This document shows, piece after piece, positions 1 to 11,855 of a DNA stretch of 64,000 nucleotides. The DNA is from Candidatus Cloacimonadales bacterium (GTDB lineage: Bacteria; Cloacimonadota; Cloacimonadia; Cloacimonadales; JAFGVF01), in the NCBI GenBank assembly GCA_963667035.1, contig OY762964.1:1216001-1280000 (forward strand), read 5' to 3'. Position 1 is the first letter of the stretch. The number at the start of each line of letters is the position of its first letter. The notes beneath the pieces were generated by a model, which did not search any database, was not told the DNA's origin, and worked only from the letters and a program-made list of their open reading frames with translations. The translations under genes were made by a program, and so were the position numbers.

Positions 1-276
1 TGAGAATCCATTAAAGAAGAAAGCACTGAAACCTCCAAATACTATTAACAGAATTCCACCCGTTAGTTCCCTACCCCAACTAATGAAGTTTATCAATAGT
101 AACACAATCCAAGGAAGCATATTAGGGGAATTCTTTAACAATCCCTTTATTCCTCCTCCAAATCCTTCAGCTCCAGAGAACAATGCAAATAGAACAAAAA
201 GTAAAGAATAAAGAAGCATTGTAGCTCTAACGATATTGGATACTAGCCTTACAGTTTTAGCTTTTTGTGTGTCCAT
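1..276 (-). CDS. Small membrane protein, partial (runs off window start)
   Basis: ATG at 276 (minus) with AGGAGG RBS upstream; translates MDTQKAKTVRLVSNIVRATMLLYSLLFVLFALFSG..., hydrophobic segments, open to position 1. Confidence 0.7.
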   Translation of the reverse strand, partial: MDTQKAKTVRLVSNIVRATMLLYSLLFVLFALFSGAEGFGGGIKGLLKNSPNMLPWIVLLLINFISWGRELTGGILLIVFGGFSAFFFNGFS

Positions 277-388
277 AATCCACCTCCTAACTAATAAATT
301 AATCAATGAATTATATCTTGTCAAAGGAGTTGTGTTTTTAAAGTTTCTTATGCTCTGTTACCGGAGATAACAATCATTCAATGATAGT

Positions 389-418
389 AAAAAAGTAGCC
401 CGATTGTTCCAATCGGGC
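389..418 (-). terminator. Intrinsic terminator after RDD gene
   Basis: GCCCGATTG-ttc-CAATCGGGC hairpin followed on minus strand by T-run. Confidence 0.75.
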
Positions 419-444
419 ATAATCAGATATATGTTAAAGTATTT

Positions 445-2289
445 CTATAGTTTTATTGATCTCACGGCTTTCTGAGATTCATGTGCTGGACCTTCAAAAT
501 AAACTGTTTTCGTGTCATTATTCCATTTGAATGGTTTTCTAATATATGGATTTTGTAATTCATCCGGAAGTTGAGAAAGAAACTCTTCAACATTTTTCGG
601 CTTCTTTTCTTTGATTAGCACTGCAACTTTCTGCAATCTTCTTTGAATAGCTGAATCTCTAAGCTTTATACAATACTTATTGTAACTCGGTACTGAGTTT
701 GATTGCACTTGAATAAGTATGAGCCCCATTAGATTATTAACATATTCAAGTTTAGAAAACTTAGGAATATATTCGGCTGTTGATTTATCAGGAAGCATGT
801 GGTAAGGTAACTCTGAATAATCCGCTAAGAATCTCGTAAGCTTATATTCATGATTGACAACAGCACTCATTTTATACTGAGCCGATGAATTTGCTTTTAT
901 CTCTTCAGGGGTAATGATATAGTCATCCCAAACATCTGCAGCATTTTGCATCATGAATAAGCTTGAAACCACTTTAAAGATAAACTCATTTTCATAAGCT
1001 TTTCTAAGGCTCAGCCTTTCTATGCTTGGCTCTTCAAGATTCTTTACAACTTCCACAAAACTTAGATCCAAAGGATTTTGATATCCAATAATAACATTGA
1101 TTGAATTACTATGGATAGAATACATTATCGATCCAATCAATTTCATGTTCAGAGTATCAGAGTTATATAAGATATTAGTTGTTGTTGCATAACCTTGCTT
1201 TAACAGTTGAATTCCTTTTTCTTTATTGCCATATAGAAACTCATTTGTTGCGTAGGCTGAAAACAATCTTTGGTATGAGACTAAGCTCATGGGATTTATA
1301 GATGAATAAAGGAAATGGGGGACAAGCTTCTTTCTGAAATCAGTGAATCTAGAAAGTTCAACATATCTATCATATAGATATTGATACTTATTAAACGCTT
1401 TTTCAATATTCAGCTTTTGTTCTCTCATAGAATCTACATAATTATCATCTTTCCCCACTATCAGTATATCATTAATCTCAGGTGGGAGACCATTATCTAT
1501 GAATTGATGACGTTTTACGATATCCATCTGTGAGTTTAAATCCACAAGTGACAGAGAATCAATCAATACGCTGTTAATTGATTTTACTATGTTTAGTCCC
1601 ATATCATGAGAATTCATTTCTGGTTCAACACCAAAAGCTATATACGAGTAATATCCATTATTATCAGGATTAGTGTCCGGTGAATGATCTCTTAGACAAT
1701 CCAATGCTTCAGGTAGTAATGTGTAGTCTTTATGAAAAGTATAGAATAAAGCAGATGTTATCAGCAATGATATTAACAGTATTATCTTCCCAAGCGTCCA
1801 TCTGCTAGTGTCACCGATAAAGCTTTGGAATGTACCCTGAGTCATCTCAACTTTAGATACAACACAAGTTTTGGAAGCTTTATCCGAGAGGGTTTGTTTC
1901 TGTTTGTCCCATAGCATCCATAGATGTCCGATAGCTACTGCAAAATATGAGACAAATGACAGTATAAATTTCCATAGAGACACATATAATCTCGGTTTCT
2001 TGCCCGACTTAACATCAATAACACGTATCTTTGTTGCTAACATACCCAATGTAGCTCCTGCAAAACTCCACATCAACACATTGTATATCAAAGGAAGAAT
2101 CAGGAAGGCAACATAAGTTGAGCCTATTGACTCACTCAGTGATTTTAATGCATCAGGATTATTCATCCGACTTACGAAATTTGGTAACGATATCAAGATG
2201 TATATAAGGTAGATTAAAGCTGAATCGATAATGAAGGCGATAAACCGTCTTATAGCCATATTAAAATTGTTACTATTTCCCTCTTTCAT
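445..2289 (-). CDS. RDD-family membrane protein with large C-terminal soluble domain
   Basis: N-terminal RRFIAFIID, GATLGM..KIRV, QTLSDK..KTCVV motifs of RDD; further TM helix near aa 165-185, then ~430 aa unrecognised domain. Confidence 0.8.
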   Translation of the reverse strand: MKEGNSNNFNMAIRRFIAFIIDSALIYLIYILISLPNFVSRMNNPDALKSLSESIGSTYVAFLILPLIYNVLMWSFAGATLGMLATKIRVIDVKSGKKPRLYVSLWKFILSFVSYFAVAIGHLWMLWDKQKQTLSDKASKTCVVSKVEMTQGTFQSFIGDTSRWTLGKIILLISLLITSALFYTFHKDYTLLPEALDCLRDHSPDTNPDNNGYYSYIAFGVEPEMNSHDMGLNIVKSINSVLIDSLSLVDLNSQMDIVKRHQFIDNGLPPEINDILIVGKDDNYVDSMREQKLNIEKAFNKYQYLYDRYVELSRFTDFRKKLVPHFLYSSINPMSLVSYQRLFSAYATNEFLYGNKEKGIQLLKQGYATTTNILYNSDTLNMKLIGSIMYSIHSNSINVIIGYQNPLDLSFVEVVKNLEEPSIERLSLRKAYENEFIFKVVSSLFMMQNAADVWDDYIITPEEIKANSSAQYKMSAVVNHEYKLTRFLADYSELPYHMLPDKSTAEYIPKFSKLEYVNNLMGLILIQVQSNSVPSYNKYCIKLRDSAIQRRLQKVAVLIKEKKPKNVEEFLSQLPDELQNPYIRKPFKWNNDTKTVYFEGPAHESQKAVRSIKL

Positions 2290-2424
2290 AGTTACTCCTT
2301 TTTCATAACTTCTCTCAAATACATTTCTAAAAACAATAAATTCAATGTAAAGTTTTTATTTCATTATTACGATTCTTAACAAAAAAGCGTAAAAACTCAT
2401 CTGAATTAATCTTTTTATGTTCCG

Positions 2425-2546
2425 ATTCAACACTCGGGATTCTCACGGGAATCACACGGGAATCTCTCGGGAATCACTCGGGACTTTGCCCGAGAAATTC
2501 CCGAGAATATCTCGAAAAAGTCATGAAAGAGTCCCGTGTATTGAAT
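2425..2546. repeat. Palindromic array of 11-bp units (5 direct + 5 inverted), CGGGA core
   Basis: CGGGA at 2435, 2446, 2457, 2468, 2479; inverted units at 2486, 2497, 2508, 2519, 2530; ends ATTCAACACTCGGGA / TCCCGTGTATTGAAT. Confidence 0.9.
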
Positions 2547-2980
2547 ATGGGCATAATAAATACCCGATAAAGAGAATGTAGATGTGCTATAAAACACTAT
2601 TGAAAAGTATTCATAACTTATAGGTTTGCAATAATTTAAAAACGAAAATAAAAACTACGGTTTACTATGGATTATTATTTAACAAATTCTACAGTAGTTA
2701 GTTACATAAATGGTTAATTTATTTGGAAATATTAATTACAAGTATGCTATGCCCTCTTATAATAAGCATCTACGTTAAAATAGAGATTAAAAAGACAACT
2801 TTTAGCGAATAAAAACATAGAAATTTCGAGAAAAATAGAGATGAGACGGGCTTTGGTATGGATAAATATAAAAAATCTAAAAATACGGCGTTTTTTGTTG
2901 ACAGCAATTTCGAATTCTGTAATTTGTAGCAGATGATTAACGAGTAAATTTATTATTTTATAACCTATATTTTAAAGTGA

Positions 2981-4885
<1,905 letters not shown>

Positions 4886-4897
4886 AGGGAGTAATAT

Positions 4898-7390
4898 ATG
4901 TCAGATAATTCAAGAATAATACCTGTACAGATAGAAGAACATTTGAAACAAGCTTACATGGAATACTCCATGAGCGTCATTGTCTCCAGAGCTTTACCTG
5001 ATGTCAGAGACGGTTTGAAACCCTCTCAAAGAAGAATTATTTATGCAATGCATGAATTGAATTTAAAACCGGGTGGACAATTCAGAAAATGTGCCAAAAT
5101 TGCCGGTGATACCTCGGGTAACTATCACCCTCATGGTGAACAAGTTGTTTACCCTACTTTGGTGAGACTTGCACAACCTTGGAATATGAGATATCCGTTG
5201 ATTAACGGACAAGGAAACTTCGGCTCTATCGATGGTGATCCACCGGCTGCTATGCGTTATACTGAGGCAAGGCTTCAGAAAATAACAATGGATATATTGG
5301 AAGATTTAGATAAAGATACTGTTGATTATCGTTCAAACTATGATGAAACAAGAAAAGAACCGACAATCTTCCCAACAAGAATTCCTAACCTTCTTGTAAA
5401 CGGAGCAACCGGTATTGCTGTTGGTATGGCTACCAATATGGCTCCTCATAATATCACTGAGATTTGTGATGCAGTTAATGCTTTAATTGATAACCCTGAA
5501 CTGGAACCAAGAGACCTTTTGGAATACGTAAAAGGTCCTGATTTCCCAACAGGTGGGTCAATAGTAGGTAAAAGTCCGATACTTGAGTATTTTGAAACAG
5601 GAAGAGGAAAATTAAAAGTTCGTGGTAAAGCTGATATAGAAACTAAGAAGAATGATGATGAATACATCGTTATTTCAGAGATACCGTATATGGTTAACAA
5701 GACCAATCTTATTGAGAAGATTGCTGAGCTAGTGAAAATCAAGAAGATTGAAGGAATCAGCGATATTAGAGATGAATCAGGAAGACAAGGTATGCGTCTT
5801 GTAATCAAAGTAAAACGTAATGCCGATGCTTCTATCGTTCTTAACAAACTATACAAGTATACTCAATTACAGAATACATTCAGTGTTATCAATCTCTGTC
5901 TTGTTGATGGAATTCCCAAGATTCTTGATATGAAGACAATGATAAATAAGTTTATCAAATTCAGACATGAGGTAGTTATAAGAAGAGCTCAATTTGAGCT
6001 TAGAAATGCAGAAGATAGACTACATTTACTTGAAGGTTTCAGAATTGCTCTTGATAATATTGATGAAGTGATTGCAACAATTAGAGCCTCTAAAACAACA
6101 CCTGAGGCCAGTGAAAACCTACAAGCTAAATTCGGATTCAGCGAAAGACAAGCTAAAGCTATTCTTGAAATGAGATTGCAAAGACTCACAGGAATGGAAA
6201 GAGACAAAATCGAAGCTGAATATAATGATATTGTTGAAAAGATTGCCGGACTTAATGAGCTTTTGGCAAGCAGAGAACTTCAGATGAACCTCATTAAAGA
6301 AGAAACCGACCAGATTAAAGAAAAATATAATGACAAGAGGATGACTCGTATCGTAGCCGATATGGGTGAATTATCAATAGAAGACTTAATCCCTGAAGAG
6401 GATGTTGTAGTAACGATTTCTCATAAGGGATATATTAAACGTCAAAGTGTTGATTCTTATAGAAGTCAGGGAAGAGGAGGAAGAGGTCTTAAGGGATCTA
6501 AGCTGAAAGAAGAAGACTTCATTGTAAGTATTTTCATGGCCTCTACTCATGATTACATACTTTTCTTTACTAACTTTGGTCAATGCTACTGGTTAAAAGT
6601 ATATGAAATTCCCGATGGAAGTCGTCAATCCAAGGGCAAAGCAATTATCAATTTATTGCCACTTAGAGAGAATGAAAAGATAGAAGCTTTTGTCTCTATT
6701 AAGGAACTGGATCAAGAAGACAAATACATCATAATGTCCACAAAGAACGGTCTCGTTAAGAAGACTGCTTTGAGTAAATTTGCTAATCCAAGATCTACAG
6801 GTATTATTGCGATAAAACTTATAGAGGGTGACGAGTTGATTGAAGCTCTTATCACTTCAGGAAGTGATGATGTTATCTTGGCAACAAGACATGGATATTG
6901 CAATAGGTTCAGCGAAGAACAGGTTAGAGCTGTTGGTAGAAATTCACAAGGTGTGAAAGGGATCTCTTTAAGAAATGACGATGAAGTTGTTTCAATGGTT
7001 GTAACTGATCCGGAAACTACTGATTCACTGCTTGCAATTAGTGAAAACGGTTTTGGTAAACGTACTGATTTGAGTTCTTACATAACAAAGAACAGAGGAA
7101 CTAAGGGTGTGATAACTCTAAAAACTTCTGCTCGAAATGGAGTTCTTGTTTCTCTTATGAAAGTAAACGACGAAGACGACCTGATGATTGTTACTAAGAA
7201 TGGAATGATTATCAGGCAGCATGTTTCAGAGATTAACTCTATCGGTAGGAATACTCAAGGAGTTACGTTGATTAATCTTAAAAATAAAGATAAAGTATTT
7301 GACATTACAGTTATTCCAACTAATAGTAATGAGGTTGATGATTCTGAAAGTGAAGAGATTGATGGAGATCCTAGTAACGAAAAGGAGTAG
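4898..7390 (+). CDS. gyrA: DNA gyrase subunit A
   Basis: [24 protein letters not shown] (catalytic Tyr), GyrA-box QGRGGRG, C-terminal pinwheel repeats, acidic tail. Confidence 0.98.
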   Translation: MSDNSRIIPVQIEEHLKQAYMEYSMSVIVSRALPDVRDGLKPSQRRIIYAMHELNLKPGGQFRKCAKIAGDTSGNYHPHGEQVVYPTLVRLAQPWNMRYPLINGQGNFGSIDGDPPAAMRYTEARLQKITMDILEDLDKDTVDYRSNYDETRKEPTIFPTRIPNLLVNGATGIAVGMATNMAPHNITEICDAVNALIDNPELEPRDLLEYVKGPDFPTGGSIVGKSPILEYFETGRGKLKVRGKADIETKKNDDEYIVISEIPYMVNKTNLIEKIAELVKIKKIEGISDIRDESGRQGMRLVIKVKRNADASIVLNKLYKYTQLQNTFSVINLCLVDGIPKILDMKTMINKFIKFRHEVVIRRAQFELRNAEDRLHLLEGFRIALDNIDEVIATIRASKTTPEASENLQAKFGFSERQAKAILEMRLQRLTGMERDKIEAEYNDIVEKIAGLNELLASRELQMNLIKEETDQIKEKYNDKRMTRIVADMGELSIEDLIPEEDVVVTISHKGYIKRQSVDSYRSQGRGGRGLKGSKLKEEDFIVSIFMASTHDYILFFTNFGQCYWLKVYEIPDGSRQSKGKAIINLLPLRENEKIEAFVSIKELDQEDKYIIMSTKNGLVKKTALSKFANPRSTGIIAIKLIEGDELIEALITSGSDDVILATRHGYCNRFSEEQVRAVGRNSQGVKGISLRNDDEVVSMVVTDPETTDSLLAISENGFGKRTDLSSYITKNRGTKGVITLKTSARNGVLVSLMKVNDEDDLMIVTKNGMIIRQHVSEINSIGRNTQGVTLINLKNKDKVFDITVIPTNSNEVDDSESEEIDGDPSNEKE

Positions 7391-7393
7391 AAG

Positions 7394-8278
7394 TTGTTAG
7401 TTCAAAAGTACTTTGATTCCAGACAGAAATTACTTGAAGAAAAGCTTGATAAATACTTGGAAAACCAGAAACAAGCTCATCCTAAATTGAAGAAAGCAGT
7501 AAGCAGTATTCTTTTTACGGATGGTTTGAGATGGTACCCACTTATGGTCTTCGCAGTACATGAAATGCTCAAAGGTAAGAAGAATATCAGTTCTTTGAAT
7601 CCTGTTATGCCTTGCGCTTGTGCTTTGGAAATGGTTCATAAAGCTATGATAATACATAGTGCCCTACCAAGTCTCAACGATGTTGATGAGTATAATAGCA
7701 CAATAAGCATTCATAAGGGAATGGATGCTGCTACAGCAATTCTTGCCGGAGATGCACTGATTACTATGGCCTATGAAGTTTTAACTGAAATATCTGATAA
7801 GCAGAAAGCATTAAAATGCATCAGAACAATTTCAAGAACTCTATCTTCTCATGGTTATATAGGTGGAGAAGCTGTTGATCAGATTTCGATACCAAAGAAT
7901 ATAAGAATAAACGTTCTTAAATACATTTATATGAAAAAAATGGGGTCACTTCTTCAAGCCGGTACTGAGATGGCATGTATTATCAACGATACTGAAGAAA
8001 ACCTAATGATAACATTAGGTAACTTTGCTATGAATATCGGGTTAGCATACTTTATTGTAAATGATATTCTTGAAGATATAGGAAGTTCAGATGAAGAAGA
8101 ACATGAGATAAAAATAAAGCGAAAGAATATGACTACTTATCCTTCACTACTAGGGTTGGAAAAAGCTAAAAAAACAGCAGAGAAGCTCATATCTGATTCT
8201 GAGAGAATGATAAAAAATATGCCTCATAATGAGATACTACTCGAATTTGTTACTTTGATAAAGGATAGATTACCTTGA
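7394..8278 (+). CDS. Polyprenyl synthetase (IspA-like) family protein with degenerate catalytic motifs
   Basis: ACALEMVH, AILAGDAL, IGLAYFIVND, TTYPSLLG.EKA match the IspA fold; DDxxD motifs altered; TTG start with AAGGAG RBS. Confidence 0.8.
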   Translation: MLVQKYFDSRQKLLEEKLDKYLENQKQAHPKLKKAVSSILFTDGLRWYPLMVFAVHEMLKGKKNISSLNPVMPCACALEMVHKAMIIHSALPSLNDVDEYNSTISIHKGMDAATAILAGDALITMAYEVLTEISDKQKALKCIRTISRTLSSHGYIGGEAVDQISIPKNIRINVLKYIYMKKMGSLLQAGTEMACIINDTEENLMITLGNFAMNIGLAYFIVNDILEDIGSSDEEEHEIKIKRKNMTTYPSLLGLEKAKKTAEKLISDSERMIKNMPHNEILLEFVTLIKDRLP

Positions 8279-9057
8279 TGATAGATATTCACTCACACAT
8301 ATTACCCGGATTAGATGACGGGGAAAATGATGAGAAAAAAGTCTTAAATATTATTAAACAGATGTCGCAAAACGGTGTTAAAACCGTTTTTGCGACTCCT
8401 CATTATCTTGACGGAATGTATAATAATAAACAAATAGATATATTTACTGCTACCGAAAAACTGAAAAAACTGATTCAACTTAACGGAATTGAGATTGATC
8501 TGAGACAAGGTTGCGAGATATATCTGGTTCCAGACTCATATAAGGATCTAGAAAAAGAAAATTATTGTTATAGTGAGACAAACTACTGCCTTGTTGAATG
8601 TAATATCAATTCATTGGAATCCGATGTGTATAGGAATATTTATCATATCTTGAGAAAGGGATACCGTCCCATATTAGCTCATCCTGAACGATATAGCTTT
8701 ATCATGAAGAGTATTCGTGCTGCAAGAGAATTAATCCAAAAAGATATCTTATTGCAAATTAATAGCGGAAGTCTACTTGGCGTATATGGTAAAACAGTTA
8801 AGAGCACTGCATGGAAACTACTGAATTATGGTTATGCTCATTTTGTTGCCTCAGATACGCATGCTAAAGAGATAAATTACAATTTATTGGATGCTTACAA
8901 TAAAGTAGTAGAGCATATTGATGAGAAGACAGCCGAATTACTGTTTAATGACTTTCCTACAAAGCTTTTACATAATGAAAGCATACCTAAGTTCTATGTT
9001 AATATATCACAGCCAAAGAGACATAAACATGGAATATTGAATTGGTTGAAAAAATGA
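8278..9057 (+). CDS. PHP-family protein tyrosine phosphatase (CpsB/YwqE-like)
   Basis: IDIHSHILPGLDDG, ATPH, ILAHPERY, QINSGSL, ASDTH. Confidence 0.92.
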   Translation: MIDIHSHILPGLDDGENDEKKVLNIIKQMSQNGVKTVFATPHYLDGMYNNKQIDIFTATEKLKKLIQLNGIEIDLRQGCEIYLVPDSYKDLEKENYCYSETNYCLVECNINSLESDVYRNIYHILRKGYRPILAHPERYSFIMKSIRAARELIQKDILLQINSGSLLGVYGKTVKSTAWKLLNYGYAHFVASDTHAKEINYNLLDAYNKVVEHIDEKTAELLFNDFPTKLLHNESIPKFYVNISQPKRHKHGILNWLKK

Positions 9058-10016
9058 AAATACTAATAACCGGAGCTACCGGATTCATAGGAAGACATGT
9101 AGCAAAGAAGATTGTCACAGGTAAAAATCAAGTTACAGCACTAATCCGTCCCGGTACTGATGATAAGCGTCTATCGCATCTTCGCGAAGCAAGTCTAATT
9201 GAATGCAATCTAACAGATTTAGATAAAATGAAACAAATTCTCAACGAGAACTCCTTTGATGCAGTCATCCATATAGGAGCTCTTCGTGGTGGAAGAAAAT
9301 ACAATCATAAAGTTTTCTATAAAGCAAATGTATTAGCTACTGAAATTCTAGCTGAAAATGCTTTAAGAAACAATAGCAAGTTTATCTTCTGTTCATCTGT
9401 TGGTGTGTTTGGAGCAATTCCATTAGAGTTACCTGCGAATAATCACACTGAACGTCAAGACGATACATTTTACCATAAAACGAAGGCTGGAGCTGAAAAG
9501 ATAATACAGAATTTAACAATGAAAGGTTTGAAGTCTGTTATAATAAGACCATCAATAACGTATGGACCAGGAGATTATGGTTTTCCATATACCCTAACAA
9601 AACTGGTGGATAAAAAACTGTTAGTGTTACCGAAACAGGAGTTCAAGATTCATCTGACCGATGTAGATTTGCTCTCAGATGCTTTTGTAAACTCATTAGA
9701 AATAGAATTAAAGCCCGGATCTGAGTTTATTATTGCTGATTACGATCCTATTTCAATACATGAACTAACAGAGTTTATTAGTCAGAAACTAACCCAAAAG
9801 AGCTATCCAGGAAACAGGTTTATTAGCTTAAATTTGTTTAGATTGGGAGAAACAATCTCGAATACAATTCATAGCGACCTATGGCAATCTCGCTTTCAGC
9901 TACTTTCCAATAGTTGGTATTATGAAGTAAAGGAGAGTATTGCTACTCTTAAACTTCCAATTATTAAAACAATTCCTAGTTTCAATAAAGTAATATACTG
10001 GTATCAGAATCAATAA
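9054..10016 (+). CDS. NAD-dependent epimerase/dehydratase (extended SDR)
   Basis: ILITGATGFIG, SSVGVFG, YHKTK (YxxxK), RPSITYGPGD; ATG overlaps upstream stop. Confidence 0.9.
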   Translation: MKILITGATGFIGRHVAKKIVTGKNQVTALIRPGTDDKRLSHLREASLIECNLTDLDKMKQILNENSFDAVIHIGALRGGRKYNHKVFYKANVLATEILAENALRNNSKFIFCSSVGVFGAIPLELPANNHTERQDDTFYHKTKAGAEKIIQNLTMKGLKSVIIRPSITYGPGDYGFPYTLTKLVDKKLLVLPKQEFKIHLTDVDLLSDAFVNSLEIELKPGSEFIIADYDPISIHELTEFISQKLTQKSYPGNRFISLNLFRLGETISNTIHSDLWQSRFQLLSNSWYYEVKESIATLKLPIIKTIPSFNKVIYWYQNQ

Positions 10017-10858
10017 TGGCTATTCCTATTTTACATTTCTGGGAAAACTATTTTACTAATCAGGATGAAGGATTGGGCTCTTCTTACGAGAGAATAGTTT
10101 TGAACAACAAACTGTTACAGATTATCAAGGATAACGAGATTCATTCGTTAATAGAGGTGCCATCATTCGGATTTACAGGTTTAAGCGGTATTAATTCCGT
10201 AGCGGCTTCAAAAGAAGGTTGTGATGTTCGCATTGTTGATAATGACAAAAGACGATGTTCTCTCATAGAGAATACTTGGGACAGAATTGGTGAAACAGTG
10301 ATTGTGGATTATAATCATGAGTTCAATCTGGAAAACTATCAGAAGAATCAGTTTGATATGAGTTGGAACTTCTCTGCTATGTGGTTTTTAAAAGATATTG
10401 AGAGTTTTGTTAAGCAATTAACTCATATAACTAAAAAAGTAATCATGATATGCGTTCCCAATACAAATGGAATTGGCTATATCAGTCAGAAGATGTCCGG
10501 TAAGGATGATTTGAAAAGATTGTTGAGAGAGGAGTTCATTGATAAAGAATATATTGTTGATCTTATGGAGAAGAACAACTGGAAAATAGTGGAGCATAAT
10601 TACATTGATTGTCCACCTTGGCCTGATATTGGTATGTCAAAAGAGAAATTTCTGAAGAAATTTGGATTAGGCATCTTAGTTAAAGAGAATAGCGATGCTA
10701 AAGAGCCTCTTACAATAATTGATTATTATACTAATACTAAGCCTGATTTTGCCGAAGATATGATGAAATATTACTGGTTAGAGAAATCTGCTCCAAGATT
10801 TTTAAAAAAGTATTGGGCACATCACTACTTCCTTATATTTAAACCAGCGAATGAATAA
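10016..10858 (+). CDS. Conserved hypothetical, possibly class I SAM-dependent methyltransferase fold
   Basis: Gly-rich EVPSFGFTG, IVDND, FDMSWNF..MW, ICVPN pattern; translationally coupled. Confidence 0.5.
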   Translation: MAIPILHFWENYFTNQDEGLGSSYERIVLNNKLLQIIKDNEIHSLIEVPSFGFTGLSGINSVAASKEGCDVRIVDNDKRRCSLIENTWDRIGETVIVDYNHEFNLENYQKNQFDMSWNFSAMWFLKDIESFVKQLTHITKKVIMICVPNTNGIGYISQKMSGKDDLKRLLREEFIDKEYIVDLMEKNNWKIVEHNYIDCPPWPDIGMSKEKFLKKFGLGILVKENSDAKEPLTIIDYYTNTKPDFAEDMMKYYWLEKSAPRFLKKYWAHHYFLIFKPANE

Positions 10859-11855
10859 ATCGATTATCTCTCTATTTGTAGGATTAATCCTAGGAATAAT
10901 ACTTATTGCCATTTGGTCTCAATTTGTTGATGTATCTATTGTAAGGGAACATATAGAAAGTGTTAACTGGAAGTTTGTTCTCTGGTCTGGGCTTTCCTAT
11001 ATTGCTGCATATTTTGTTAGATCAATCAGATGGAATTATCTTCTAAGCAATGAGAAAAAAATCTCTTACATGAAAACTTACTGTTATTCATTATCCGGGA
11101 ATCTAATCAATTATTTGATTCCTATTAGAGCCGGAGAATTAGCAAAACCATTCTTCTTACTCAAAAATGATGGGATTAATATAAGCAAATCGTTACCTAC
11201 GGTTATAATTGATAAGTTTTTTGATACCATAGGCATATTTCTTGTTCTATTATTGATACCAATATTACATATTAATATTTCTAAAGCTATGCTAATGTTA
11301 ATAATCTTATTGATTCTGATATTTATAATTGGCTTGCTTATATTAATCATTGCCGGTACAAAGCCTAAATTCCTCACTAAAATGATAGAGTTACTCTTTT
11401 TTTGGGCACCTGAGAAAATAAAGAGTAAGATTATGGATGGGATTAGCAGTTTTCTTTCAGGTATTTCTATTCTTAACACAAACAGAAGAATGATATTACC
11501 TTTGTCACTTCTTACCTTCTTGGGTGTTTTGCTTGATGCTATGTATTTTTATCTTGTCTTTATATCCTTTGGAGTAGAAATTAGTTTTGTCATAATCCTG
11601 TTTGGATATACTTTGATTAATTTATCCTATGCCTTACCTCAAACACCAGCTCAGATAGGGACAAATGAATGGATGATGGCAGTTATTTTTAGTGCAGGAT
11701 TTGGATTGGATAAAAATTTATCAGCAGCGATAATGGCTTTTGCCCATATATTTACTGCGATTATATTAATAGTTAGCGGTTTCATAGCGTTATCCTATAC
11801 AGGTAATAGCTTGATAGAGATTTTTATTAAGAGGAGTAATAGCAAGAATGAGTAA
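10851..11855 (+). CDS. Lysylphosphatidylglycerol synthase TM-domain (flippase-like) membrane protein
   Basis: RSIRW..LL, NYLIPIRAGE, DKFFD, LPQTPAQIGTNE; multi-TM. Confidence 0.85.
   Translation: MNKSIISLFVGLILGIILIAIWSQFVDVSIVREHIESVNWKFVLWSGLSYIAAYFVRSIRWNYLLSNEKKISYMKTYCYSLSGNLINYLIPIRAGELAKPFFLLKNDGINISKSLPTVIIDKFFDTIGIFLVLLLIPILHINISKAMLMLIILLILIFIIGLLILIIAGTKPKFLTKMIELLFFWAPEKIKSKIMDGISSFLSGISILNTNRRMILPLSLLTFLGVLLDAMYFYLVFISFGVEISFVIILFGYTLINLSYALPQTPAQIGTNEWMMAVIFSAGFGLDKNLSAAIMAFAHIFTAIILIVSGFIALSYTGNSLIEIFIKRSNSKNE

Noticed and set aside
2425..2546. CRISPR array interpretation of the short repeats
   Set aside because: Units are 11 bp and contiguous with no unique spacers, orientation flips midway, and there are no cas genes in the window.
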